Positions 52,487 to 64,000 of a stretch of DNA of 64,000 nt are shown here, in pieces. The position numbers and the translations under genes were made by a program. The notes below the pieces were generated by a model. That model was not told where the DNA came from. It worked only from the letters and a program-made list of their open reading frames with translations, and made no database searches. The DNA is taken from positions 704,001 through 768,000 of the forward strand of contig CAVVTZ010000007.1 in assembly GCA_963751275.1 (NCBI GenBank), given 5' to 3'. Source of the stretch: an uncultured Gemmatimonadaceae bacterium. Its GTDB lineage: Bacteria; Gemmatimonadota; Gemmatimonadetes; Gemmatimonadales; Gemmatimonadaceae. Numbering within the stretch: the first letter of the stretch is position 1; each line of letters begins with the position of its first letter.

Positions 52487-54038
52487 TCAGCCGCCCACTC
52501 TCAGATTCACTACCCGCGTCGACTTGATGCCGGCGTTGTACACCAGCAGCGTCACCACATCGCCGTCCTTCACGCCCGATAGCGCGTCATTGAGATCGGC
52601 CACGGTGCGGATCGCCTTCTGCTTGGGACTCAGCACCTTCACGATCAGGTCGCTGCCCGGCTGCAGCTGATGGAACGCCGGACCCATCGCATCCACATCG
52701 GTCACGGCTAGGCCGCGCTGGTTCTCGGGGATCTCGGCCCGGCTCGCCTTCTCGGCGCTCAGGATCTCCACCGAGATGCCGAGCTTGTCGTACGACGCCG
52801 GCTGCGCGCTGTCGTCGTCGCCGGAGTTGTCCGCGACCTTCGTTTCCTCGCTCGGCGCCTCGGCGAGCTTCACCTTGAACGACTTCTTCTCGCCGAATCG
52901 CATCACATCCACGGTCACGACGTCGCCCGGCTTGTGATCGCGGATCTGGCGCTGCATCTGTGCCACGCGGTCCACCGGCACGCCGTCGATCGCCACGATC
53001 ACGTCACCCGCCTCGATGCCGGCCTTCGCCGCGGGGCTGTCCTGCCCGGGCGTCGAACCGCCTACGAGCGCGCCGCGGATCTCCTTGAGCCCCGCCGCCT
53101 GCGCGTCCTCCGGCCGCAGATCCGTGATGGACACGCCCAGGATCGCGCGCCGCACGCGGCCGTACTGGATGATGTCGCTCATCACCGTCTTCGCGAGCGT
53201 GATCGGGATCGCGAAGCCGTAGCCCGAGTAGTAGCCGGTCTGGCTCGCGATCGCGCTGTTGATGCCGATCACGTCCCCGCGCGTGTTCACGAGCGGGCCG
53301 CCGGAATTGCCCGGATTGATCGCCGCGTCCGTCTGGATGTAGTCGACGATCGCGTACTGGCTGGCGTAGAGCCCGCGCAGCTCGCGGCTCCGGCCCTTCG
53401 CGCTGATGATGCCGGCGGTGACGGTGAAGTCGAGGCCGAGCGGATTGCCGACGGCCAGCACCCACTCGCCGACGCGCGCCTTGGCATCATCGCCGAGCGC
53501 CACGGTCGGGAAGTTCGAGCCGTCGATCTTGATCACCGCGACGTCGGTGGTGGGATCGCGTCCCACGACCTTCGCCTTGAACATGCGCTTGTCGAGCAGG
53601 GTGACCGTGACCTTGTCCGCGTCGGCCACCACATGATTGTTCGTCAGGATGTAGCCATCGGGCGTGACGATGAAGCCCGAGCCGCTGCCCTCTTCCGGCT
53701 GGCGGTGCGCGTTCGGATCGAACTGGCGGAAGAAGTCATCCATGCCCGGAGGCGCACCCTGCCCCGGCGGCGTGCGCTGCGCCTTCGGCGCGTTGCGCTC
53801 GGTCACGATCGAGACCACCGCCGGCGTGACGCGCTCGGCGATCGCCACGAAATTGTTGCTGCCCTCGGGCACCGGGGAGCTCGGCGCCAGCTGCAGTTTG
53901 GCGCCATTATCGCGCTGCTGCGCGTAGCCGAATGGCGTGAGATTGAAGCCGGCGCGTGAACACGAGACCGGCAATGAAGGCGGCGATCGCCACGACGCCT
54001 AGCGTCGCTCGCGGCAGGAATCGGTTGGGCATACTCAT
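52487..54038 (-). CDS. DegP/DegQ (HtrA, Do) serine protease with PDZ domains (frameshift near 53960 in the signal region)
   Basis: GSGSGFIV, TNNHVV and QTDAAINPGNSGGPL; PDZ segment SPAAKAGIEAGDVI. Confidence 0.92.
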
Positions 54039-54145
54039 GTCCTTCGTGAGTGTGGGGTTTTGAATATACGCACCGCGGGACCCCGGAGTTCCGCTCGGGG
54101 CCCCGCCGTATCTACTTGGTCACCGGCGGGGCCGGCAGCGTTGCC

Positions 54146-56162
<2,017 letters not shown>

Positions 56163-56236
56163 AGCTTAGGCGCCGATTTGGCAGGCAAGTCTGCCACGTT
56201 AGTCGCCAATTGGCCGCAGTTATGTCACGCGCGGGA

Positions 56237-56316
56237 CTCGGGACTCGGGACTCGCCGCGGGACGCGATTGACCGCTCGGAAGTTCTCGCGTCCCGCGGCG
56301 AGTCCCGAGTCCCGAG
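56237..56316. repeat. Perfect 31-bp inverted repeat containing GGGACTC 7-mers
   Basis: Arms 56237-56267 and 56286-56316, between divergent dnaK and DUF47. Confidence 0.9.
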
Positions 56317-56395
56317 CGTTACCGCTCTTTGCCGCCGGCGGAGCGCCGCCGTAAGTTCCACCCCGCGTCGCACCTCGTTCCTCATGGGAGATTGA

Positions 56396-57007
56396 ATGCG
56401 CCTGATCCCGAGAGATGAAGCGTTCTTCGAGATGTTCGCCGAGCTGGCCAAGCGCGTCTCCAGCGGCGCGCGGCTGCTCAGGCAGCTCTTCGCCGATCCG
56501 GCGAACCTCGAGAAGCACGTGGCCGCGATCAAGGCCGTGGAGCACGAGGCCGATGAGCTCACGCACAAGATCATCCTCCGCATCGACCGGAGCTTCGTCA
56601 CGCCGATCGACCGGGAGGACATCCACCTCCTGGCCGGCGAACTGGACGATGTGCTCGACCTGATGGACGGCACGGCCCGTCGCGCGCAGATGTTCCACAT
56701 CACCGAGGTGCGCGCGTCGGCGCTGCCGCTCTGCGACGTGCTCATCCGTGCCACCGAGCACATCGAGGCGGCGGTGGCCGAGATGAAGGATTCGCGCATC
56801 GTCGTCGCGCGCGGGCGCGACATCAAGCTGCGCGAGGAGGAGGGCGACCAGATCTACCACCAGGCGATCGGCGACCTGTTCGCCGGCAAGCCGGACGCGC
56901 TCGAGGTGATCAAGTGGAAGGAGCTCTTCGACACGCTCGAACGCGCGCTCGACCAGTGTGAGGATGTCGCGAACGTGCTGGAGAGCATCGCGCTGAAACA
57001 CAACTGA
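56396..57007 (+). CDS. DUF47 / Pit accessory (PhoU-like) protein
   Basis: EHEADELTH, SFVTPIDREDI and EVIKWKE..LE..D.CEDVA. Confidence 0.9.
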   Translation: MRLIPRDEAFFEMFAELAKRVSSGARLLRQLFADPANLEKHVAAIKAVEHEADELTHKIILRIDRSFVTPIDREDIHLLAGELDDVLDLMDGTARRAQMFHITEVRASALPLCDVLIRATEHIEAAVAEMKDSRIVVARGRDIKLREEEGDQIYHQAIGDLFAGKPDALEVIKWKELFDTLERALDQCEDVANVLESIALKHN

Positions 57008-57011
57008 CCTC

Positions 57012-58043
57012 GTGATCCTCTACATCGTCGCGATCATCGCGGTCGCGTTCATCTTCGATTTCAGCAACGGCTTCCACGACTCGGCGAACTCCATCGCCAC
57101 GATCGTGGGCACGCGCGTGCTCAAGCCGCTGCCGGCGGTGATCTGGGCGGCGTCGTTCAACTTCGTGGCGGCGTTCGTGGTCGGCACGAAGGTGGCGCAG
57201 ACAATGGGGAAGGGCATGATCGACGTGTCGATCGTGGACCCGAACGTGATCCTTGGCGGACTGGTCGGTGCGATCATCTGGAACGTGATCACGTGGTACT
57301 TCGGCCTGCCGTCGAGTTCGTCGCACGCGCTGATCGGCGGCTATGGCGGCGCGGCCGTGGCCAAGGCGGGATTCCACGCGCTCATCGTGGCGGGGTGGAC
57401 GAAGGTGCTGCTCTTCATCGTCATCTCGCCGCTCGTGGGCATGGCGCTCGGCTACCTCCTGATGGTGCTCGTGATGTGGATCTTCCACCGGACGGCGCCA
57501 GCCCGGGTGGACCGCTTCTTCCGCGCGGCGCAGCTGGCGAGCTCCGCCCTCTTCTCGCTCGGTCACGGGGGCAACGACGCGCAGAAGACGATGGGCATCG
57601 TCGTCGGGCTGCTGGTGTCCACGCAGTCCCTGTTCGCGCACGAGACCGGGTGGATGCACAACCTGTACCTGCAGAATGCGGATCACATTCCGCTCTGGGT
57701 GGTGATGGGCGGGTACAGCGCGATCGCGCTCGGCACCCTGTTCGGCGGCTGGCGGATCGTGCTCACCATGGGAACGCGGATCACCAAGCTGCGCCCGGTG
57801 GGCGGATTCTGCGCGGAGACGGCGGGCGCGCTCAGCATCCTCATGGCGACGAACTTCGGGATCCCGGTGAGCACGACGCACACGATCACCGGCGCGATCA
57901 TGGGCGTCGGTGCGACCAACCGCCTGTCCGCGGTGCGGTGGGGCGTGGCGAAGCGGATCGTGTGGGGCTGGGTGCTCACGATCCCGATGGCCGCGCTGAT
58001 GGCGGCCGCGGTCTGGTGGATCCTGCAGCGCATCACCGGCTGA
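57012..58043 (+). CDS. pit: Inorganic phosphate transporter, PiT family
   Basis: NGFHDSANSIAT, PSSSSHAL, HGGNDAQKTMG and PVSTTH. Confidence 0.93.
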   Translation: MILYIVAIIAVAFIFDFSNGFHDSANSIATIVGTRVLKPLPAVIWAASFNFVAAFVVGTKVAQTMGKGMIDVSIVDPNVILGGLVGAIIWNVITWYFGLPSSSSHALIGGYGGAAVAKAGFHALIVAGWTKVLLFIVISPLVGMALGYLLMVLVMWIFHRTAPARVDRFFRAAQLASSALFSLGHGGNDAQKTMGIVVGLLVSTQSLFAHETGWMHNLYLQNADHIPLWVVMGGYSAIALGTLFGGWRIVLTMGTRITKLRPVGGFCAETAGALSILMATNFGIPVSTTHTITGAIMGVGATNRLSAVRWGVAKRIVWGWVLTIPMAALMAAAVWWILQRITG

Positions 58044-58053
58044 GGAGACCGAT

Positions 58054-58872
58054 ATGACCGCGCCCGACATCCGGTTCACCGGCAGCATCCCGGCGAACTA
58101 TGACAAGCTCCTCGGCCCCGTGTTCTTCGACCCCTACGCCCTGGACGCGGCGGCGCGGCTGCCGCGCAACGCGAAGCGCGTGCTGGAGGTGGCGTGCGGC
58201 AGCGGCGTGGTCACGCGCCGCCTGCGCGCCGTGATGCCGGCCGACGCGCATCTCACCGCCACCGACTTGAGCGAGTCGATGATCGCGTACGCGCGCTCCC
58301 GGATGCCGGGCGTCGCCGGCGTGGAATTCCAGTCCGCCGACGCGGGCGCGCTCCCGTTCCCCGACGCTTCGTTCGACGCCATCGTCTGCCAGTTCGGGAT
58401 CATGTTCGTGCCCGACAAGGCGGCGGCGTACCGGGAATTCCGGCGCGTGCTCGTGCCCGGTGGCACGTTGCTCTTCTCGGTGTGGGATGCGTTCGACAAG
58501 AATCCGGTGTCGCGACTCGCGCGTGAGACGGTGGTGAAACTCTTCCCGAACGATCCGCCCGATTTCCTCACGATCCCCTTCGGCTACCACAATGTGGAGG
58601 AGATCCGCGCGCAGGTGCGGGCCGCGGGATTCACCGCCGTCACGGCGGACCGCGTCGCCCGGGAGATGCGGAGTCCCTCGGGGCGTGAGCTTGCCGCCGG
58701 ATTCTGCACCGGGACGCCGCTCGCCACCGCCCTGGCCGAGCGCCCGTCGGTGCCGGTCGAGCGCGTGATCGATGCGATGGCGTTCGTGATCGGCGGCGCG
58801 TACGGTGAGAGGCCGGTCGTCGCGCCGATGCAGGCGATCGTCTTCACGGCCACGGCGCGCACCGAAGGATGA
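58054..58872 (+). CDS. Class I SAM-dependent methyltransferase
   Basis: VLEVACGSG, ADAGALPFPDASFD and RVLVPGG. Confidence 0.88.
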   Translation: MTAPDIRFTGSIPANYDKLLGPVFFDPYALDAAARLPRNAKRVLEVACGSGVVTRRLRAVMPADAHLTATDLSESMIAYARSRMPGVAGVEFQSADAGALPFPDASFDAIVCQFGIMFVPDKAAAYREFRRVLVPGGTLLFSVWDAFDKNPVSRLARETVVKLFPNDPPDFLTIPFGYHNVEEIRAQVRAAGFTAVTADRVAREMRSPSGRELAAGFCTGTPLATALAERPSVPVERVIDAMAFVIGGAYGERPVVAPMQAIVFTATARTEG

Positions 58873-60317
58873 TCCCGCACGCGCTGTTCGGCGACGGCAT
58901 CTGGTGGGTGCTCTTCCTCTCCGTGGAGTGGGCGATCCGCATCGTCGCGCTGGTCATCGTGCCGTTCAAGCGTTCCCCCGAGACGGCGAAGGGATGGCTG
59001 CTGCTCATCATGTTCGAGCCCATCGTCGGGCTCGCGGTGTACCTCACGCTCGGGCGCACGCGCATGCCGGCCTGGCGGCTGAAGCGCGCCGTGGAGTTCG
59101 AGGAGATCGCGCGCCCGGTGTACGACCGTCTGATGTCGCACCCCGCGGTCTTCCACCCGGAACAGGCGCCGGCGATCGCGCCGGCCGTGCGCCTCACCGA
59201 GAAACTCGGCGAACTGCCGATCCTCGGCGGGAACAGCGTGGAGATCCTCTCCGACTACACCGGGATCCTCGACCGCCTCGTCGCGGACATCAATGCCGCG
59301 CAGATGCACGTGCATCTGCTCTTCTACATCGTGGCCGACGACCCCGTCTCGGCGCGGGTGATGGAGGCGCTGGAGCGCGCGCAGAAACGGGGCGTCGTTT
59401 GCCGTCTGCTCGCGGATTTCCTCGGCTCGCGGAAGGTCGGATTCCCGGCGCTCGCGCCGCGGCTCCGCGAGAAGGGGATCGAGGCGTTCGCCACGCTCAA
59501 GCCGGCGCTGCTGCGTTCGCGCGGCGCTCGCATGGACCTGCGCAATCACCGGAAGATCGCGGTGATCGACGGACGGATCGGCTACACGGGCTCCATGAAT
59601 CTCGTGGATCCGAACTTCAAGCCGGGGCTCACCTACGAGGAGTTGATGGCGCGCATGACCGGGCCCGCCGTGCTGGAGCTGCAGGCCGTATTCGCCCAGG
59701 ACTGGTACCAGGAGACCGGGAAGACCACTCAACCCGGCACGCCCTTCCCGGATCCCGAGATCACCGGCGCGACGCCGGCGCAGGTGCTGCCGAGCAGCCC
59801 GCTCTACCCGCGGCAGAACAGCCAGCGGCTGATCGTCGCGCTGCTGGGCGTCGCACGGGAACGCGCGGTGATCACCACGCCCTACTTCATTCCCGACGAC
59901 GCGCTGCGCCAGGCGCTCACCACGGCCGTAATGCGCGGCGTGGACGTGCGCCTCGTCGTGCCGGGGCAGGACGACCAACTGCTCGTGTCCAACGCGCAGA
60001 AGTCGTACTATGGGGAGTTGCTCACCGCGGGCGTGAAGATCTGCCGGTACTCGGAGCGCTTTCTGCACGCGAAACACGTCACGATCGACAACGAGATCGC
60101 GTGGATCGGATCGTCGAACATGGACATTCGCTCGTTCGCGCTGAACGCCGAGGTGGTGTTGCTCGCGTACGATCCGGCGGTGTGCGCGCAGATGCGGGCG
60201 GTGCAGGAGCGGTACTTTCGGGAAGGGGTGTGGCTCGACGCGGCGATCTGGGGCGCGCAGCCGCTCTGGCGCCAGGTGGGCTGGAACCTCGCCCGTTTGT
60301 TCAGTTCACTGCTTTAG
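58869..60317 (+). CDS. cls: Cardiolipin synthase
   Basis: Two N-terminal TM helices; two HKD motifs (HRKIAVID, HAKHVTID); GSSNMDIRSF. Confidence 0.9.
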   Translation: MIPHALFGDGIWWVLFLSVEWAIRIVALVIVPFKRSPETAKGWLLLIMFEPIVGLAVYLTLGRTRMPAWRLKRAVEFEEIARPVYDRLMSHPAVFHPEQAPAIAPAVRLTEKLGELPILGGNSVEILSDYTGILDRLVADINAAQMHVHLLFYIVADDPVSARVMEALERAQKRGVVCRLLADFLGSRKVGFPALAPRLREKGIEAFATLKPALLRSRGARMDLRNHRKIAVIDGRIGYTGSMNLVDPNFKPGLTYEELMARMTGPAVLELQAVFAQDWYQETGKTTQPGTPFPDPEITGATPAQVLPSSPLYPRQNSQRLIVALLGVARERAVITTPYFIPDDALRQALTTAVMRGVDVRLVVPGQDDQLLVSNAQKSYYGELLTAGVKICRYSERFLHAKHVTIDNEIAWIGSSNMDIRSFALNAEVVLLAYDPAVCAQMRAVQERYFREGVWLDAAIWGAQPLWRQVGWNLARLFSSLL

Positions 60318-60326
60318 GACGGGGCC

Positions 60327-60980
60327 ATGCGCAAACTGATCGCGGGGATCATGGAGTTCCGGCGCCTCCGCCGCGCCGACTATGAGGAGACGTTCGCCCA
60401 GCTCGCGCTCGGCCAGCGTCCCGACGTGCTCTTCATCGCGTGTTCGGACAGCCGCGTCGCGGTGAACGTCTTCGCCTCTACGGACCCGGGTGACATGTTC
60501 GTGGTGCGCAACGTGGGGAACCTGATCCCGCCGAGCGATGCGGCAGGGCGGTCGGTGGGCGACGGGTCGGAGGCCTCGGCCATCGAGTTCGCGCTGGGGC
60601 GGCTGGCGGTGAGGCACATCATCGTGTGCGGACACTCGGATTGCGGCGCGATCACGGCGCTGTGCGCCGGGCGCGACACGATCGCTGAGCCGAACCTGCG
60701 CGCGTGGCTGCGGCACGCCGAGCCGGCGCTCGCGGCGGCGCGCCAGCTGGGGAAGGAGGATGTGAACACCGTGTCGCAGCTCAACGTGCTGCGGCAGCTG
60801 GAGCACATCGCGGGCTACCCCGTGGTGAAGTCGCGGATCGATCGAGGCGAGTTGGAACTGCATGGGCTGTGGTTCGACATTCGTCATGCGGACGTGTACT
60901 TCTTCGAGCGCTCGACCGGGGACTTCGTGCTGATCGACGACGAGGAGGGGAAGCGCGTGTTGACGCGACTTAAGGACTGA
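60327..60980 (+). CDS. Beta-class carbonic anhydrase
   Basis: CSDSRV, VRNVGN and CGHSDCGAI zinc ligands. Confidence 0.93.
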   Translation: MRKLIAGIMEFRRLRRADYEETFAQLALGQRPDVLFIACSDSRVAVNVFASTDPGDMFVVRNVGNLIPPSDAAGRSVGDGSEASAIEFALGRLAVRHIIVCGHSDCGAITALCAGRDTIAEPNLRAWLRHAEPALAAARQLGKEDVNTVSQLNVLRQLEHIAGYPVVKSRIDRGELELHGLWFDIRHADVYFFERSTGDFVLIDDEEGKRVLTRLKD

Positions 60981-60983
60981 AGA

Positions 60984-61043
60984 GCCATTACTGTCGCTTA
61001 ATATGGTCATTTGGGCGTTATTATGGCGCTATAATGTGCTTAT
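60984..61043 (+). promoter_or_regulatory. AT-rich region with 11-bp-phased direct repeats upstream of ppk1 (PHO-box-like)
   Basis: GCCAT 60984, GTCAT 61006, GTTAT 61017, GCTAT 61028 and CTTAT 61039 share one 11-bp phase; TATAAT at 61030-35. Confidence 0.45.
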
Positions 61044-61196
61044 ATCTGTGGCGAGCCGCCTAGCGCACGAACGGGTACTCGTTACTTGGGCGTGATTCAC
61101 GCGCGTCGGGTGAAGCGGTAGATTGTCAGGGACAACAAGATCACTTCCGCCGCCCGCGCCGTCGCTCGGGCGGCGACTCGTCTCCGCCACCAGGTC

Positions 61197-63359
61197 ATGC
61201 CCGATCGTCTCGCTGCGCCCGAGCTGTATCTCAATCGCGAGCTGAGCTGGCTCGAGTTCAATGCCCGTGTGTTGCACGAGGCGCTGGATCCGCGCACCCC
61301 GTTGCTCGAGCGCCTGAAGTTCCTGTCGATCTTCAGCACGAACCTCGACGAGTTCTACATGGTGCGCGTGGCCGGACTGCGCCGGCAGGTGGCCGCCGGC
61401 GTGTCCGTTTCGGCGCCCGACGGGCTCGCCCCGCAGGAGCAGCTCGACGCGATCGCGCGCATGGTGTCCGAGCAGCTGGCACTCCGTGACCGCTGCCTGC
61501 ACGGCGAGGTGCTGCCGGCGCTGGCGCTGCACGGCATCGAGCTCGTCTCGATGGAGGACCTCGACCGCACCGAGTTCGCGGCGGTGGACAGCTTCTTCGA
61601 GTCGCACGTCTTCCCGGTGCTCACGCCGCTGGCGGTGGATCCGGGGCATCCGTTCCCGTACATCTCGAACCTGTCGCTCTCGCTCGCGACCGAGATCCGC
61701 GATCCGATCACCGGCGATACACACTTCGCCCGCGTGAAGGTGCCCAAGAGCCTTTCGCGCTGGGTGTCCACCGGCAAGGCGCACCGCTTCGTGCCGCTGG
61801 AGCGCGTGATCGGCGCGAACCTCGGCGCGCTCTTCCCGGGGATGGAGATCCTGCGCTGGCACGCGTTCCGCATCACGCGCAACTCGGACATCGAGCTGGC
61901 GCCGAGCGAAGAGCCGGACGATCTGCTCGCGACGATCGAGGAGCAGGTCTTCCGCCGGCGCTTCGGCGAGGTCGTGCGCCTCGAGGTGCAGGCGGGGATG
62001 CCCGAGGCCACGCGGCTGCTGCTGCTCGAGGAGCTGCGCGACGACCGGCTGCCGCCGAACGCGACGCTCACCGACCGGGATGCGCACGAGTTCGGCGCGC
62101 TGCTCGAGCTGGGCGACCTCATGGAGATCGCGTCGCTGGACGTGCCGGAATTGCACGATCCGCCGTTCGTGCCGGTGACGCCGCCGCGGCTCCGCGGCGT
62201 GAACGGCGGGATCTTCGATGCGATCCGCCAGGCGGACATCCTGGTGCACCATCCCTTCGAGTCGTTCGCGACGAGCGTCGAGGCGTTCCTCGACCGAGCC
62301 GCCGAGGACCCGCAGGTGCTGGCGATCAAGCTGACGCTCTACCGCACGTCGGGCGACACGCCGATCGTGCGCGCGCTCACCGCCGCGGCGGAGCGCGGGA
62401 AGCAGGTGGTGGTGATGATGGAGATCAAGGCGCGCTTCGACGAGGCGAACAACATCACGTGGGGGCGCCAGCTCGAGAGCGCGGGCGTGCACGTGGTGTA
62501 CGGCGTGGCCGCGCTCAAGACGCACGCGAAGGTCTGCCTGGTGGTGCGGCGCGAGGCCGATGGCATCCGCCGCTACGTGCACATCGGGTCGGGCAACTAC
62601 AACTCACGCACCGCGCGACTGTACACCGATTTCGGCCTGTTCACCGCCGATCCGCTCATCGGGGCCGACGTGAGCGATCTGTTCAACTTCCTCACCGGCT
62701 TCTCGCACCAGCGCTCGTTCCGCCGTCTGTTGGTCGCGCCGTCCGAGCTGCGCGACCGCCTGAAGCAGCTGATCCGGCGCGAGGCCGACCACGCGCGCGC
62801 GGGCCGTCCGGCGCGCATCCTCGCCAAGATGAACGCGGTGGTGGACCCGGAGACGATCTTCGAGTTGTACGAGGCGTCGCAGGCGGGGGTGGAGATCGAC
62901 CTGATCGTGCGCGGCGCGTGTTCGCTGCGGCCGGGCGTCCCGGGACTCAGCGACCGGATCCGCGTGGTGGGGCACATCGGGCGGCTGCTCGAGCATTCGC
63001 GCATCTGGAACTTCGCGAACGGCGGCGCCGAGGAATTCTATCTGGGCTCGGCGGACTGGATGCAGCGCAATTTCGACCGCCGCGTGGAGGTCATCACGCC
63101 GGTGGTGGACGTCGCGCTGCATGAGCGGCTCCGCTCGCTCTTCGCGACCTATCTCGCGGACAACCGCCTCGCGTGGGACCTCGACTCCTCCGGGAAGTAC
63201 CACCAGCGCACGGCGGGCAGCGAGCCGGAGCGCAACGCGCAGACGATCCTGATGCTGCATCCGTGGGGCGAGATGGCGCCGAGCGTCACGGCGGCCGCGC
63301 CGGTGCCCGTGATGACGACGGCGGAGCGGGAGATCGCGATGGCGGTGGGATCCGAGTAG
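61197..63359 (+). CDS. ppk1: Polyphosphate kinase 1
   Basis: YLNRELSWLEFN, NLDEFYMVRV, HHPFESF, KARFDE, LKTHAK and LEHSRI. Confidence 0.97.
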   Translation: MPDRLAAPELYLNRELSWLEFNARVLHEALDPRTPLLERLKFLSIFSTNLDEFYMVRVAGLRRQVAAGVSVSAPDGLAPQEQLDAIARMVSEQLALRDRCLHGEVLPALALHGIELVSMEDLDRTEFAAVDSFFESHVFPVLTPLAVDPGHPFPYISNLSLSLATEIRDPITGDTHFARVKVPKSLSRWVSTGKAHRFVPLERVIGANLGALFPGMEILRWHAFRITRNSDIELAPSEEPDDLLATIEEQVFRRRFGEVVRLEVQAGMPEATRLLLLEELRDDRLPPNATLTDRDAHEFGALLELGDLMEIASLDVPELHDPPFVPVTPPRLRGVNGGIFDAIRQADILVHHPFESFATSVEAFLDRAAEDPQVLAIKLTLYRTSGDTPIVRALTAAAERGKQVVVMMEIKARFDEANNITWGRQLESAGVHVVYGVAALKTHAKVCLVVRREADGIRRYVHIGSGNYNSRTARLYTDFGLFTADPLIGADVSDLFNFLTGFSHQRSFRRLLVAPSELRDRLKQLIRREADHARAGRPARILAKMNAVVDPETIFELYEASQAGVEIDLIVRGACSLRPGVPGLSDRIRVVGHIGRLLEHSRIWNFANGGAEEFYLGSADWMQRNFDRRVEVITPVVDVALHERLRSLFATYLADNRLAWDLDSSGKYHQRTAGSEPERNAQTILMLHPWGEMAPSVTAAAPVPVMTTAEREIAMAVGSE

Positions 63360-63413
63360 TTCGCTCGTTTCCAGCACGCAACGCCACACACGCACTAAGC
63401 CATGCCCGCAGTT

Positions 63414-64000
63414 CTAGTCTTCGTCGCCGCCGCGGATGTCGCCGCCCTCCTCGCGGTCGAACACATTCCCCTCGGGATCCACGATCTCCACCGGCGTCCC
63501 CGCGACCTCCTCGAGCAGGCGGGATTTCCGGCTCGCGCCCCACAGTTCCAGGCGCAGGGAGCGGCTCGCGATCCGCGGCACGGTGCTGATCCGGATGCAG
63601 CGCTCCACCCACCGCACCTTCACGCGGTCCACCGCGGCGACATGCCCGCGATCGAGGCCGTCGGCCACGCGCAGCAGCGCCGCCAGCCGCCGCACCGAGC
63701 GGCGCATCACGCGGTCCAGCGCGGCGAACTCGGCGTGGCGCTTGGAGGGCTCGGCGCCGCGGTGATAGCGCGCGACGTGCGCCACCACCAATTGCTCCGC
63801 GGGTGACATCCCGAGCAGTTCCGCGTGCGAGATCAAATAGTACGAGTGCTTGTGGTGCCGGTCGTAGCTGATGTGATAGCCGATGTCGTGCAGCAGCGCG
63901 GCCGCGCTCAGCGTGTCGCGCTCCTGCGGCGAACAGCCGAGCCGCGCGCCGAGCGCATCGAAGAGCTGCAGCGAGAGCCGCTGCACCTGGGTGGAGTGGC
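63414..64000 (-). CDS. Ppx/GppA phosphatase, C-terminal HD domain (5' part outside window)
   Basis: AALLHDIGYHISYDRHHKHSYYLI, ARYHR and LRVADGLDRGH; convergent with ppk1. Confidence 0.85.
   Translation of the reverse strand, partial: HSTQVQRLSLQLFDALGARLGCSPQERDTLSAAALLHDIGYHISYDRHHKHSYYLISHAELLGMSPAEQLVVAHVARYHRGAEPSKRHAEFAALDRVMRRSVRRLAALLRVADGLDRGHVAAVDRVKVRWVERCIRISTVPRIASRSLRLELWGASRKSRLLEEVAGTPVEIVDPEGNVFDREEGGDIRGGDED

Noticed and set aside
61023..61050. dif-like site (GGCGCTATAATGTGCTTATAT)
   Set aside because: Only the XerC-like half resembles dif; there is no TTATGTTAAAT-like XerD arm.

Overview
High-GC bacterial chromosomal window; the gene content is compatible with a Gemmatimonadota-like diderm, but this is inference and no marker gene proves it. 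In order: an ABC exporter unit; a divergent CarH/LitR-type B12-binding MerR regulator facing a DUF378-fasciclin operon across an 11-bp-phased TnnACA operator; a large kdp potassium-uptake cluster (small ORF-kdpFABC-porin, kdpE, a split KdpD, a degenerate kinase, a DUF481 barrel); epimerase-dtd-maf; an LPS-core locus (two GT9 paralogs, split DUF4254, Kdo-kinase-like gene, FHA-GAF cyclase); trpE; an OM protein-PAP2-NUDIX-arnTBCAD L-Ara4N locus; an ECF/anti-sigma pair; tig-clpP-clpX-lon-engB; tRNA-Leu(TAG); degP; dnaK; and a phosphate locus (DUF47-pit-MTase-cls-carbonic anhydrase-ppk1, ppx). Intergenic spaces carry several families of long inverted-repeat elements, four of which share an AT-rich central palindrome (TTGT(G/T)GTTAACAACAA). 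Many genes, including dnaK and clpP, carry single-base frameshifts that look like sequencing/assembly indels. No CRISPR, rRNA, transposase or integrase was seen. Family names come from motif recognition, not database searches.
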